DNA of 45,825 nucleotides from Phormidesmis sp. (lineage in GTDB: Bacteria; Cyanobacteriota; Cyanobacteriia; Leptolyngbyales; Leptolyngbyaceae). Below the pieces are notes generated by a model, which was not told the origin of the DNA, made no database searches, and was given only the letters and a program-made list of their open reading frames with translations. The stretch is from contig JAYVFW010000193.1 of assembly GCA_043772715.1 (NCBI GenBank), positions 1 through 45,825 of the forward strand, written 5' to 3'. A program made the position numbers and the translations under genes. Each line of letters begins with the position of its first letter. The first letter of the stretch is position 1. This document shows positions 29,066 through 39,776 of the stretch, piece after piece.

Positions 29066-29992
29066 GCAATCTGTCTCTGTGATGTGATTCCAGGTCTGTG
29101 CTAAACCATCTTTGAACGCCGTTTTGGGAGTCCAGCCATACAGTTGGAAGGCTTTTTGATTGTCCAGGATATTGATTTGGACATCGCCGGGACGATCGGG
29201 GATGAATTCTTTTGCGATCGTCTGACCCGAAATCTCTTCAACGGCTTGCACAATCTCCATCACACTATGACCCATGGCGGCGGAAATATTGACCACAGAA
29301 GACCCTGGGTGAGTTGCCGTTAGCAGCATGGCATCAATCACGTCGTCAATGTAAATGTAATCTCTGACCGCTTTGCCCTCTCCGTATAGTTTCAGCGCCC
29401 GCCCATAGGCGGCGCATCCCATTGCTACTGCAACAAGACCCTGCTCACCCCACAAACTTTGCCCTGGTCCAAACGAGTTAGAAACTCGCAGTACGCTAAT
29501 ATCCAAGCTGGTGGAGCGGGCGTAAAAAGTCAGGTAGTTCTCGATCGTCACTTTGCCCTGTCCGTAGGCTGATCTCGGTATCAAAGGATGCTCTTCGGTG
29601 ATTGGAATGGTTTGTGGGTCGCCATAAATGGTGCCTCCCGATGACACATAGATCAGTTTCTTAATGCCATGAGCCAGACAGATTTCAACTAATCGAATCG
29701 TTGGCACAAGATTAGACAGCACATCATAGCAACTGCTTTCTAATAACAGTCCGGGAAAGCTTGTAGAAGTCAGATGATAGACTGTATCGACATCTTGAAT
29801 CGCGTGACGCAATGCCACCTCATCCATAAAATCCCGATAAATGACTTCAACTTGGTCAATAATGTCTTCAATGTTAGAAACTGAAGAATTGGGACGAGTG
29901 AGAATCTTCACTGTTTTGCCCTGAGCAACCAATCTTCGCGCCAGATTGCTGCCAATAAAATCGGTGCCACCCAAAATTAGACTTTTAGCCAT
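29054..29992 (-). CDS. NAD-dependent epimerase/dehydratase (extended SDR)
   Basis: GGTDFIG (variant Rossmann motif), SSGGTIYG, YGQGK, RDYIYIDDV. Confidence 0.88.
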   Translation of the reverse strand: MAKSLILGGTDFIGSNLARRLVAQGKTVKILTRPNSSVSNIEDIIDQVEVIYRDFMDEVALRHAIQDVDTVYHLTSTSFPGLLLESSCYDVLSNLVPTIRLVEICLAHGIKKLIYVSSGGTIYGDPQTIPITEEHPLIPRSAYGQGKVTIENYLTFYARSTSLDISVLRVSNSFGPGQSLWGEQGLVAVAMGCAAYGRALKLYGEGKAVRDYIYIDDVIDAMLLTATHPGSSVVNISAAMGHSVMEIVQAVEEISGQTIAKEFIPDRPGDVQINILDNQKAFQLYGWTPKTAFKDGLAQTWNHITETDCSSR

Positions 29993-30007
29993 CGGTTTCT
30001 CCAAAAA

Positions 30008-31318
30008 TTAAGTGCCAAGATGCGATCGCCGCATCCCAGTTTCGTGACAGATTTCAAGCACACGATCGGCCTTAGATTCCCAATCAAAGTAGTGGTTTCT
30101 GACCCGCTTGATGCCAGCATCACCCATTTGATGCCGTAATTCTGAAGATTGTGCGAACCGAATCATCGCGGCGGCTAGCCCGTCAATAAACTCTTCAATT
30201 GAGTTGGGATCAACGAGAATGCCACAGTCTGGCCCTACATGGTTGGCTGGACCAGCCCAATTGGTGGCAACAACGGGCAAACCCATAGCCATGACCTCTA
30301 AAATGGCACTACCCCCACATTCGCGCAGGGAAGGAATCACAAACACATGACACTTGTGGATGATTGTGATGCTGTCTTCTCGGGTTAAACGTCCGTGAAA
30401 ATTCACGCGATCGCTAATCCCCATCTCGGCAACCTGAGCCTTAATAGAGTCCATCAACTCGCCATCGCCAATTAGCTCCAATATGGCATTTGTTTGCTCA
30501 GTGACTTGCTTAAAGGCTGGCACCAGAAACTGAATGCCCTTCCAATCAACAAACCGACCCCAGAAGATAAACCGGATTGGGTCGGTGGGGTCTGGGGGAA
30601 CTCGCTCTATGGGTTTGCAAATGGACAAATCAACGCCGCTCTCCACCACTTCATACACGTTGCCTTGGTAGCCTTGAGGTAATGCTTTGGCGGTGCGATC
30701 GTTAGCGACAATTAAACTTTCTGCCTGCAATTTACCGGGTATCCAACGGTGGGCAATTTCTGATAAGGCTCGACCGAGATTAATAGAGAGCCGTGTCATG
30801 GTTGAATCCATGTAGCGGAAGGCCGGAGGAAACTCTAGTCCACCGCAGAGCGGCCCAATTACCACGGGTACTCCTACCCCGTACATAAAACTTAGCCCTT
30901 TTGGTGAAATTGGGGCAGGTTCAAAGACAACCTGGATATCTTCTTGTTTGACTAGTTCCTTAACGACTTCCCGCAGGGTCCGTTGCGTTAACAGGTGAAT
31001 CCACTGCCCAAAGATCAGATCTTGAATCCGATAAGGAAACCAGTGGCTGATTTTCCAAATGAGTTCTTGAAACCGGGTATCTTCGACGAATCGAAACTTT
31101 TGAAACTCTTGATCATCGGGAAACATCTCCCGCAATTCATCTCGCACTCGTGCATGACAAACGACCCAGACATCAACCCCACGGGCGCGGAATAACTTTA
31201 GATAGAAAAGGGGCAAATTTGATTCACCACTCATCCGCATTGATGCATTTTCAGCAGCAATAATCACGCGCATTGATTTTACATTCAGGCTGTCAGGCGA
31301 ATTCATTATAATTTGCAT
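30008..31318 (-). CDS. Glycosyltransferase family 4
   Basis: FWGRFVDWKG, PSLRECGGSAILEVMAMGLPVV. Confidence 0.9.
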   Translation of the reverse strand: MQIIMNSPDSLNVKSMRVIIAAENASMRMSGESNLPLFYLKLFRARGVDVWVVCHARVRDELREMFPDDQEFQKFRFVEDTRFQELIWKISHWFPYRIQDLIFGQWIHLLTQRTLREVVKELVKQEDIQVVFEPAPISPKGLSFMYGVGVPVVIGPLCGGLEFPPAFRYMDSTMTRLSINLGRALSEIAHRWIPGKLQAESLIVANDRTAKALPQGYQGNVYEVVESGVDLSICKPIERVPPDPTDPIRFIFWGRFVDWKGIQFLVPAFKQVTEQTNAILELIGDGELMDSIKAQVAEMGISDRVNFHGRLTREDSITIIHKCHVFVIPSLRECGGSAILEVMAMGLPVVATNWAGPANHVGPDCGILVDPNSIEEFIDGLAAAMIRFAQSSELRHQMGDAGIKRVRNHYFDWESKADRVLEICHETGMRRSHLGT

Positions 31319-31359
31319 TCTGTAAGGTGTGACTAGTGGCTGAGAGTGTTCAAGGAGGG

Positions 31360-32952
31360 TTAACGACTTAACTGCAAAACACTTGGGCGACTGGATGGTG
31401 AGATTGGAGAACCACAGTCATCGATCGGGTTTAGTTTGTTAGTTTTGCCCACAAGATTTTTCAGATTTTCTGATGGACTGTACAAGAAGATGTTGTCGAA
31501 TTCCGGCGGAACAAGGAGCTGATTGGAATCACTCGATAGCTGAAATTTGACTTTTTCGTCTAATAGATGACTGAGGGTCAGAATGTTTACGAAGTAAGAA
31601 TCGCTCACCAAAACTGCCTGATTCGATTGATTGATGCTGCGAGCAATACAATGGTCAAAATTATTTCCCGCTTTTGTCCACCAAGTATCTGAATGAGAAA
31701 TTTGCCAATCTGAAAGTAGACCGATCGAGAGCAACACAGCCAGGATAATTTTGCCTATTTTCTGTTGCCGAATTTCAGATGTAGTGGAAAAGATCTGTTT
31801 CGTTAAAAGATAGGAAACTACTAACTGTAGAGCTAAATAACTCGGAATTAGATAACGCGGACTGGTCGATCGCCCGCCGCCTAAAATTAAGTCTGGCACG
31901 ATCAAAGCCAACTGGGGCAAGATCAGAGCAATGAGAACGAACAACCTAGCTTGACTAGAACTATGATGCCAGAAAAAATAGATCGCGTATCCTACTAAAC
32001 CTATTAAAGCTAATAGAGTCAGGAGAAAGGCAATAAAATAAATTCGTGGACTTTGGTCATTGAGATTAAGGTCAATAAAGAACAAACCGAGGTTCCGAAC
32101 CCAGGCTTTTACGAGATTCAAGAAAGGAACACGCTCATCTATTCTTTTGACATTGGGCAGTGCAAAGATCACCCAAGGCAAAAAGGTGATCACGCCAATT
32201 AAGGAAGAGATGCTGTAGCTAACGACTTGCCTGCTCCAGCGATATCGTTCAACGATCAAAACATAAATTCCATGACCAACCGTAACAAACACTGAAAACA
32301 AAAAGGTGTAAAGCCCTAAAGAGACTGTAGCAGCGTAGATTCCCCAACTCAGGTTAGTTTTCAGTCGCATCGCCCGTAATAGAGCAATATGACTGATTAA
32401 GATCGTAACAATCCATAGGCTATAGGGTCGCGCTTCTTGGGCATATAAAAGGTGAAAGGGTGAGACGGCAAGTAAGGCGATCGCCATGCACCCAACTAAT
32501 GAAGACTGAAATAATTCCAAACACAGCCAGTAGACACAGGGAAGCGCTAACACGCTCATGACTGCTGAGAAACTGCGGGTCACCGCAACAGAATCCCCCC
32601 AAAAGTCCACCCAAAACCGCGCCATCACAAAGTACAACGGGGTCAGTTGAGGTTCTTTGATCGCGAGTCCATTGATCGTATCCCAAGCAGTTTTTTCAGG
32701 GCTAGGATATTGATACTTTTCTAGATCCTGGATGCCAATGACTTGACCCGTCCCAATATGACTCACTGCTTCGGCATCCGTATATCCAGAAAGCTGAATC
32801 GAGGTAGAGGCTTCATCAAACCAGTAAGCTTTTTGCTCAAGATTAACAAACCGAAAAATAGTGCCTAGAACTAGCAGAATAATCACTAAAAGCTTTAACC
32901 CAGCCAAATCTAGTGGCTGACTCCGATTGAAACTACCCTTAATTGGTTGCAT
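31360..32952 (-). CDS. GT-C fold membrane glycosyltransferase (GT39/GT83, PMT/ArnT-like)
   Basis: YWFDE, PLYF, AQEARPYSL and many TM helices. Confidence 0.85.
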   Translation of the reverse strand: MQPIKGSFNRSQPLDLAGLKLLVIILLVLGTIFRFVNLEQKAYWFDEASTSIQLSGYTDAEAVSHIGTGQVIGIQDLEKYQYPSPEKTAWDTINGLAIKEPQLTPLYFVMARFWVDFWGDSVAVTRSFSAVMSVLALPCVYWLCLELFQSSLVGCMAIALLAVSPFHLLYAQEARPYSLWIVTILISHIALLRAMRLKTNLSWGIYAATVSLGLYTFLFSVFVTVGHGIYVLIVERYRWSRQVVSYSISSLIGVITFLPWVIFALPNVKRIDERVPFLNLVKAWVRNLGLFFIDLNLNDQSPRIYFIAFLLTLLALIGLVGYAIYFFWHHSSSQARLFVLIALILPQLALIVPDLILGGGRSTSPRYLIPSYLALQLVVSYLLTKQIFSTTSEIRQQKIGKIILAVLLSIGLLSDWQISHSDTWWTKAGNNFDHCIARSINQSNQAVLVSDSYFVNILTLSHLLDEKVKFQLSSDSNQLLVPPEFDNIFLYSPSENLKNLVGKTNKLNPIDDCGSPISPSSRPSVLQLSR

Positions 32953-33536
32953 CGTTAGTTATGTCTTGAGACGGCAGGTATTTTGAGGAATTTCATAAGA
33001 CAACTACTTACTTACTTAAGTTGGGGTGGTGACAAAACCTTAACGACTTGTTAAATGTACTAGCTTGAGTAATTAATTGATCTAGAAGTTGAGGTCTGGA
33101 TCAGATCATTGGGTCAGCACTTACTTAAATTCTTAACCGATGGCTCCTTTGAACCCCGCGGTTTAGGTAGAAGCTATAGGAATTGGATCTGAGTCAAACT
33201 TTCTCAGAGTCCCTTTCATCTTCGCAAATGATTTAGAACTGTCATCCGAGTTTGCAGTATTTTAATGTCAGGCGTTGAGGTTAGTGAATCAGTTTCAAAA
33301 GTTAATTAAGCTCTTTTAACGATATCTTTGTAGGATATCTTTATGTATTCTTTTTACTGAGTTGACCTAGTGACCTGATTGTAAAGTTTATATAAATCAA
33401 TGGCGCGTAGTGTGGCGCGATCGCTAGGTTAACACCGCATAATTACTAAAAGTGGGATCGATGGTTAAGGCTAGGGGCAATCTGAAATTGTGCATGATTA
33501 TGCGATTTAACACTTAATATTTCTCTACCAATATCG

Positions 33537-34661
33537 ATGATGTTTGACAAATGTATTCTCCCCAATAAGACTTCTGCTGTCACTGGGTTCACCTTTGCGG
33601 TTCTAGTTTCTATTCTCCCAATCCAGTCGGCGCGAACTCAAACTGCGGAGAGTCCGGTCGGACTCGCTCAACCTTCTGGGGTCGTTCAATCCGAGCAAGC
33701 CTATACCTTGGGGGCAGGTGACTTAGTTAGGATTGACAGCTTTGACACCCCCGAGCTGAAATTAGAAGAGCGCTATGGTGTGCTGGTTGATGGCTCCCTT
33801 AACGTGCCTTGGGTCGGGACTGTGACGGTAGCGGGGCTGACGTTAGAGCAAGCGTCTGGAGCGCTTTCTGCGAGATATGCTCGGTTTGTGCGTAAGCCTA
33901 TCATTACGGTGAGTTTAGTCTCACCCCGTCCCCTAAAAGTGGGGGTATTTGGAGAAGTGAATCGCCCTGGCTCTTACATCATTAGTCCGATCGGAAATGA
34001 GACTTTACAATCTAGCTTGAGTACCCGATCGGCTACCGAAACTGGAAGTCAGTGGCCTACAGTCACTCGAGCAATCCAAACGGCAGGTGGAATTAAACAA
34101 GTCGCTAATGTCCGAAAGATTATAGTTCACCGCCCTCAAAGAGGTGGACCGGAAAAACTCATTGACGTGGATCTCTGGCAATTTTTGCAAGCAGGTGAAC
34201 AGAGCCAAGACTTGGCTTTACGAGACGGCGATTCGATCTCAGTGCCCACTGCAACCGCATTAGACCTGAAGGAAGTCACCGAGTTAGCCACGAGTAACTT
34301 CTCTCCCGAACTGATTAAGGTCGGTGTTGTCGGAGAAGTGACTTCTCCTGGGTCAATCAGCATTCCACCCAATGCATCACTCAACCAAGCAGTATTGTCC
34401 GCTGGGGGGTTTAAGAATGGTCGTGCCCGACGTGACGTTGAGCTAATTCGTATCAATCCTAATGGTACTGTGACTAGACAGGGTATTGTAGTTGATTTCT
34501 CTCGTGGGCTAGATAACGAGAATAATCCTGCTCTCCGCAATAATGACATTATTGTAGTCAAGCCCAATGCGTTGGCAAAAGCTGGAGATTTTTTGAGTAT
34601 TTTAGCTAGCCCTATCACTGGAGCGTTTGGTCTATTGAGACTTCTAGGTGGAGGAAATTAA
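33537..34661 (+). CDS. wza: Polysaccharide export protein (Wza/OPX, SLBB domains)
   Basis: YTLGAGD, GEVNRPG, LRDGDSISVP, GEVTSPG. Confidence 0.9.
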   Translation: MMFDKCILPNKTSAVTGFTFAVLVSILPIQSARTQTAESPVGLAQPSGVVQSEQAYTLGAGDLVRIDSFDTPELKLEERYGVLVDGSLNVPWVGTVTVAGLTLEQASGALSARYARFVRKPIITVSLVSPRPLKVGVFGEVNRPGSYIISPIGNETLQSSLSTRSATETGSQWPTVTRAIQTAGGIKQVANVRKIIVHRPQRGGPEKLIDVDLWQFLQAGEQSQDLALRDGDSISVPTATALDLKEVTELATSNFSPELIKVGVVGEVTSPGSISIPPNASLNQAVLSAGGFKNGRARRDVELIRINPNGTVTRQGIVVDFSRGLDNENNPALRNNDIIVVKPNALAKAGDFLSILASPITGAFGLLRLLGGGN

Positions 34662-34696
34662 TCCATCACAGTTGCTGTTTTAAGGAGAGGTCGGAA

Positions 34697-37084
34697 ATGC
34701 AAAACCAAGAACACAGTAAGAATGGCTCAGAGCAGAATTTCTCTCCCCTTATATTAGAGCAGGAGCATAGTCTATCGGGCAACCTCACCCCCGCAGAGCG
34801 CGATGAGTTTAACGAGTTTAAGAACCGGGGGCTAAATTTCCGCCCTTTCGTGCGGATGATGCGGCGTAATATGTGGCTCATCGCCGGAGTTAATATTGCC
34901 GTATTAACTGCTATTGCAACCTCTACCCTGAAAGCCCCACGTAGTTTTGAAGGGTCTTTTCGGATTTTAGTAGAGCCGATTACTGCTGATGCGAAACTGA
35001 CCGATCCAACAGTGCTGTCTCGGCAAGGTTCAAATCCTGGTAATGGTGCCTTAGACTATCCCACATTGCTTCAGGTGCTTCAAAGCCCTGAGTTGTTGAC
35101 CAAGATTACCCGACGCATCCAAACAAAAGTTCCAACCTTCCCGGCTAATGGATTGGCTGGAAAAGTTTTGGTACAACGGTTGGGGACGAATATTCTGGAT
35201 TCTGCCAAAATTATTGACGTTAAATATATTGGGAAGGAGCCGAAGACGGTCAAAATTGTGCTGGAGGAACTGGCGCAGGGTTACTTGAACTATAGTCTTG
35301 AAGATCGAAAAGTGCGGATTGGCGGTGGTGTCGAGTTTATTGAAGATCAATTACCAGGGTTACGTCAACGGGTGAGTGATCTAGAAAACGCATTGCAAGT
35401 GCTACAACAGCAATATCAGTTAAATGATCCTGCAGCTGAGGGGACTGCGTTAACAACGCAGTCCCGGACGGTAGAAACCCAAAAATTAGATGCCCAAAGA
35501 GAGCTACAAGAACAGATTGCTCTCTACAAAAATCTACAAGACCAGCTTAAATTAGCACCCAGTGAGGCAATTCCGGCGGCATCTTTGAGCGAGGACCCTC
35601 GCTATCAAGCACTGTTGACGCAACTAAAAACGATCGAGAGCCAAATTGCGGTTAAATCAGCGCGGTTTAGTGAAGATAGCCCCGTCGTCCAAGCACTTCG
35701 AGATCAGGAGCGAAATTTAAAAGAACTCTTGAATCAGGAAGCGCAAAGCATTCTAGGTCAAAGTCTTAATGCTGGAGTGACAAACCCTCAAGTCACGACC
35801 TTCCAGAATTCTACTCGGATCAATTTGATTGGGCAACTCGTTGAAAGTATTAACAAAGTCAAGGTTCTAGAAGTCCGAAGACAAGCCGTATCGCAAAATC
35901 AAGGTCTTCTAAACAAGCAACTGCAAGTGTTTCCCGACATTTCTCGGCGTTACAATGACATGAAACGCCAGTTAGATCTAGCAACTAAAACCTTAGATCA
36001 ACTGTTGATTCAACGGGAAACCCTACGAGTTGAGGCGGCTCAAAAGGAAGTGCCTTGGCAAATGGTGTCTGCGCCTGATGTTCTACGTGATCCGGGGGGA
36101 AATCCGATGCCGGTTGCTAGAGAAGCCGGTAAAGTCTTGGCAGTGGGGTTAGTCGCTGGGTTTATCTTAGGATTGATCGCTGCGATGGCGAAGGATAAGC
36201 TCAACGACATTTTTCGTACCACTGAAGACATTCAGGATATTACCGATGTGCCTCTCTTTGGGGTCATCCCTTTTGATCGGGATAAGCACTCCGTGTTGGG
36301 GCTGGCAAGAGGCAATGGCAGCGTGATCAGAATGGAGCCTAGTGATGGTGCGATTTCGTTATTTCAAGAGTCGTTTAATGCCCTCTATGCTAGTTTGTGT
36401 TTTTTATCGGGGGATGTGCTAGTCCGATCGTTGGTGATTAGTTCGGCCGCTCCTGGGGAGGGTAAAACGACTGTTGCGGTGCATTTAGCCCAAGCCGTTG
36501 CAATGTTGGGACGACGCGTTTTGTTGGTCGATGCCAATTTACTGAGTCCTCAGATTCACACCCGCTTAGGATTGACCAATACTAGTGGGCTGTCTGATGT
36601 GTTGAAGCAGGATTTGTCGTTAGATGATGTCATGCAGGCATCGGGTTTTCAAGAAAACTTATTTGTCTTAACGTCTGGAAATGTAACCGCCAGTTCGGGT
36701 CGCCGTTTAGCCTCTACGCAGATGCAGGGCTTAATGGCAAAAGTTGACGCTGCCTTTGATTTGGTGATTTACGATACCCCTCATTTTCTGGGTCTTTCAG
36801 ACACCAACTTTTTAGCAGCGCAGTCTGATGGGCTTTTGATGGTGGTAGGTGTGGGTAAAACGAAACGGGCTACGGTCATGCAAGTGTTGAACGGATTACA
36901 AGAGTTTCGGCTGCCAGTCTTAGGGATGGTTGCTAACTATGTTGCCAGTGGTAAGCGCAGCTCGTTTGGTTACCGTCATCGCTATTATCAACCAAACTCA
37001 AGAGTGCGTTCTCCCTTTGGTAAAAAGTTACAGGTATTGAATGCCAACGTTTTGGCAGCATTCAACCAAAATAAGGTTTCCTAG
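34697..37084 (+). CDS. wzc: Polysaccharide co-polymerase / tyrosine autokinase (Wzc/GumC)
   Basis: Two TM helices around a coiled-coil periplasmic domain, Walker A PGEGKT, VIYDTP, short Tyr-containing tail. Confidence 0.9.
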   Translation: MQNQEHSKNGSEQNFSPLILEQEHSLSGNLTPAERDEFNEFKNRGLNFRPFVRMMRRNMWLIAGVNIAVLTAIATSTLKAPRSFEGSFRILVEPITADAKLTDPTVLSRQGSNPGNGALDYPTLLQVLQSPELLTKITRRIQTKVPTFPANGLAGKVLVQRLGTNILDSAKIIDVKYIGKEPKTVKIVLEELAQGYLNYSLEDRKVRIGGGVEFIEDQLPGLRQRVSDLENALQVLQQQYQLNDPAAEGTALTTQSRTVETQKLDAQRELQEQIALYKNLQDQLKLAPSEAIPAASLSEDPRYQALLTQLKTIESQIAVKSARFSEDSPVVQALRDQERNLKELLNQEAQSILGQSLNAGVTNPQVTTFQNSTRINLIGQLVESINKVKVLEVRRQAVSQNQGLLNKQLQVFPDISRRYNDMKRQLDLATKTLDQLLIQRETLRVEAAQKEVPWQMVSAPDVLRDPGGNPMPVAREAGKVLAVGLVAGFILGLIAAMAKDKLNDIFRTTEDIQDITDVPLFGVIPFDRDKHSVLGLARGNGSVIRMEPSDGAISLFQESFNALYASLCFLSGDVLVRSLVISSAAPGEGKTTVAVHLAQAVAMLGRRVLLVDANLLSPQIHTRLGLTNTSGLSDVLKQDLSLDDVMQASGFQENLFVLTSGNVTASSGRRLASTQMQGLMAKVDAAFDLVIYDTPHFLGLSDTNFLAAQSDGLLMVVGVGKTKRATVMQVLNGLQEFRLPVLGMVANYVASGKRSSFGYRHRYYQPNSRVRSPFGKKLQVLNANVLAAFNQNKVS

Positions 37085-37229
37085 CAAGATTAAGTTTCAA
37101 GAGAATGGCAATTTTCATATTGCTACAGTTCTTGGCGGGTGCCCCGATTACTCAGAGAAGCAATTCAACAACAGCGGGTGGATTTGTTGGCGATCGCCCG
37201 TTCACCCGGTAGACCCAGAACTTTTCCGC

Positions 37230-37835
37230 TCAGTCGTTTTGGTTAGTCACGTTAATAATTCGTGCTGGCACACCAACGGCAGTGGCTCCTGATGGAACAT
37301 TGCAAACGACGACAGCATTTGCACCAATCTTTGCATGATCTCCAATGGTTACAGCACGAATGACTTTCGCGCCAGCACCAATGTCTACATGTCCGCCAAT
37401 TTTTACTTCTCCAACTACGGTGACCTGCTGCATCAACAAACAGTTAGGACCGATGTAAGCACCCGGATGGATCACTACTCCATTAGGATGTGCCAGTAAA
37501 AAACCGCCGCCGATTTGGCAGTTTAGAGGAATATCTGCGCCTGTGACGACACTCCAAAAGCGATGTTGCAAAACGGTTAACTTACAGAAGCAATACCCCA
37601 AAATCCCATCTTTTTTTTTCCACGTTTGGTAACTTCGTATTGATTTGATCAACTGACGTCCAGGATCCCACCACTGGCAAAGTTTTTCACGGTTCCAATC
37701 TGGCTCAATTGCAGATACGATAGAAAAAGTTTTATTGGGCATTACCATTGAATAATCGTCCAAATTGTTTTCAGGAGAAGTCGAGCATTGAGACAAAAGG
37801 CTACCTCTCTTGGCAGGATGCAGTGTTTGGTTCAA
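37230..37835 (-). CDS. Hexapeptide-repeat (CysE/WcaB-like) O-acetyltransferase
   Basis: HPNGVVIHP, IGAGAKV, IGANAVV, AVGVPAR; true start probably near 37742-37748. Confidence 0.85.
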   Translation of the reverse strand: MNQTLHPAKRGSLLSQCSTSPENNLDDYSMVMPNKTFSIVSAIEPDWNREKLCQWWDPGRQLIKSIRSYQTWKKKDGILGYCFCKLTVLQHRFWSVVTGADIPLNCQIGGGFLLAHPNGVVIHPGAYIGPNCLLMQQVTVVGEVKIGGHVDIGAGAKVIRAVTIGDHAKIGANAVVVCNVPSGATAVGVPARIINVTNQND

Positions 37836-37948
37836 TCAATGCAAGGTGCAACCGAGCATATTCTACAAGCCTAATTTGTCAAGACGGGGCTTTTTGCAAA
37901 GTACAACACAAATTTTTTGCTCACTCGGTTGCCAGCGATTCTGCTGAG

Positions 37949-39172
37949 TTAGGTGAAAGACTTAGAGATGCTCTCCTGAAATAGCTGTGCCAGTTTACCT
38001 GCCTCAATGTCAGCTCGGTGGCGTTGGGCAACTCGCTCTTTACCGGCTTGCCCCATCTGCTCTAAGGTCGTAACGGGGAGTTGCAGCACTGTGCGGATCG
38101 CCTCCTTGAGGTCTGTCACAGAACCTGGTGGCACTAACCAACCGCAAATGCCGGGTTCTACGAGTTCTGGGATGCCAGCAATGTAGGTGCTAATCACAGG
38201 ACGACCTAGGGCGAGGGCTTCCATAATCACCACTGGCAATCCTTCCGCAAAACTGGGAAGTACCATTGTTCGAGCGTCTAGAATATTCTGACGCACCTCA
38301 TTGCTATCTGCCCACCCTGTGATTCTGACTTGGTTTTGGAGTCGAAAACGGACAATTAAAGCTTCTAACTCACCGCGCAGTTCCCCATCTCCGACTAGTA
38401 CGAGCTTGACGGGTAATCCCTCCGCGGCTAATTGACTAATCGCCTCCAATAACAATAATTGCCCCTTCTGCTCGCACAGTCTGCCAATACAGGTTAACTG
38501 CGCCTTCTCTAAAATCGGTGTTGATTGCTGTGTTAAAAAGGTTTGATCAACCCCACAACGAACAACATGGATCTTAGGCCACAAATCATGGCTACACCAA
38601 CGGTAAAGCTGACTTCTGCCAAATGAACTGATGGCGACGACAAAAACAGCCCGTTGAATTTTTTCGACTAAGGCTAACCCTGTGACTCGATCGAATTCTT
38701 CCGGCCCATGAATCGTAAAGCTATAGGGCGGTCCGCCGACCTCGTGACACAGCAGTGCCACCGTAGTGGAATTGGTGCCAAAGTGGGCGTGTACATGAAC
38801 TACCCCTGCGTCTGCAAACCACTTTAACAGCACACAGGCTTCGGCGAGATAGACCAGATGGCGCAGTACTCCTTGATCCGACTTTCGACCCAATCGGAAG
38901 GCTAATCTAAGACCCCGCAGCCACGCTGTAGGTTGAGTCAGCGCTACCCGTAGAAATCCTCCCAGAAGCCCTCTGATGCCAGCCCCTAAAACAAACCGAG
39001 TTTTCGTGAGTTCTTGGCGATCGGACTCATCCACGAGTTCATCACCCCGCGATCGGATAGAAAACCGCAGCACTTGAATGCCACAAGCTTCAACACCAAT
39101 AATTTCACGTCGGATGAAACTGTGACTGACTTTAGGATATTGATTGACTAAATAAGCAATAGTTAGAGACAC
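37949..39172 (-). CDS. Glycosyltransferase family 4 (WcaL-like)
   Basis: YPKVSHSFIRREI, HVHAHFG, GRLCEQKG, EGLPVVIMEA. Confidence 0.92.
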   Translation of the reverse strand: MSLTIAYLVNQYPKVSHSFIRREIIGVEACGIQVLRFSIRSRGDELVDESDRQELTKTRFVLGAGIRGLLGGFLRVALTQPTAWLRGLRLAFRLGRKSDQGVLRHLVYLAEACVLLKWFADAGVVHVHAHFGTNSTTVALLCHEVGGPPYSFTIHGPEEFDRVTGLALVEKIQRAVFVVAISSFGRSQLYRWCSHDLWPKIHVVRCGVDQTFLTQQSTPILEKAQLTCIGRLCEQKGQLLLLEAISQLAAEGLPVKLVLVGDGELRGELEALIVRFRLQNQVRITGWADSNEVRQNILDARTMVLPSFAEGLPVVIMEALALGRPVISTYIAGIPELVEPGICGWLVPPGSVTDLKEAIRTVLQLPVTTLEQMGQAGKERVAQRHRADIEAGKLAQLFQESISKSFT

Positions 39173-39219
39173 GGTATTTAGGGAACGTCTAAGACTCTGA
39201 ATTTCAAGGATTGTGACGA

Positions 39220-39654
39220 TTGACAGACTCCCCTGACTACACGGGGGATTCTGGGATCAAACAGCAATTGCAGGCGAAGCCTGTCTGACATCACCTAACC
39301 CAACAGTGAATGTCGCAGCTTGAATGTTCTTCGCGGTGTTCTCATCTCGTCCATTCACCGACTGGCAAGACGGACAACGCCACTCTCTCACTGATAAATC
39401 CAACTCTTTCAGAACATACACCCTTTGATAACCAACTAGCTGCCAGAACTCTTGCTGTTTCCGCAATGTGGTGATGTGGGCTTGAAGCTTGGCGCAGTTC
39501 AAATGCTTTTGCCCCACATTCGGTAGTAGCGTTTGTGGGGGATGACATTGTGGTTGTAGATGACTCCAGCAGTGTTAATTGACCGCTTGAGAAATCGATT
39601 CCGCTTGTGACTGTAGAGCTTGAACTTCAATGTCTTCCTGCTAAAATATAGCAT
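39220..39654 (-). mobile_element. tnpB: Internally deleted IS200/IS605 tnpB remnant with right end
   Basis: Minus strand KTLKFKLYSHKRNR...YYRMWGK, frameshift, HLNCAKLQAHI...WQLVG joined directly to REWRCPSC...RDENTAKNI. Right-end hairpin followed by terminal TCAA at 39220. Confidence 0.85.
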
Positions 39655-39776
39655 ATTGAAGTCATAACAACAACGTGAAACAACTTACAGTATGACGTTA
39701 TGATGAAGAATACAAACTGCCCATGAAGGATTGCGATGTGGTTAACTACTATTTAGTATAAGTTGGGAAACAAGAA

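Noticed and set aside
36460-36990. Wzc as a pseudokinase (DAN instead of DAD, few Tyr)
   Set aside because: Walker A and B are present and I recall such variants in cyanobacterial Wzc proteins; cannot be supported without an alignment.
37611-37619. A9 tract in the acetyltransferase as a phase-variation switch
   Set aside because: In frame (KKK) and short, with no evidence of variation from one sequence.
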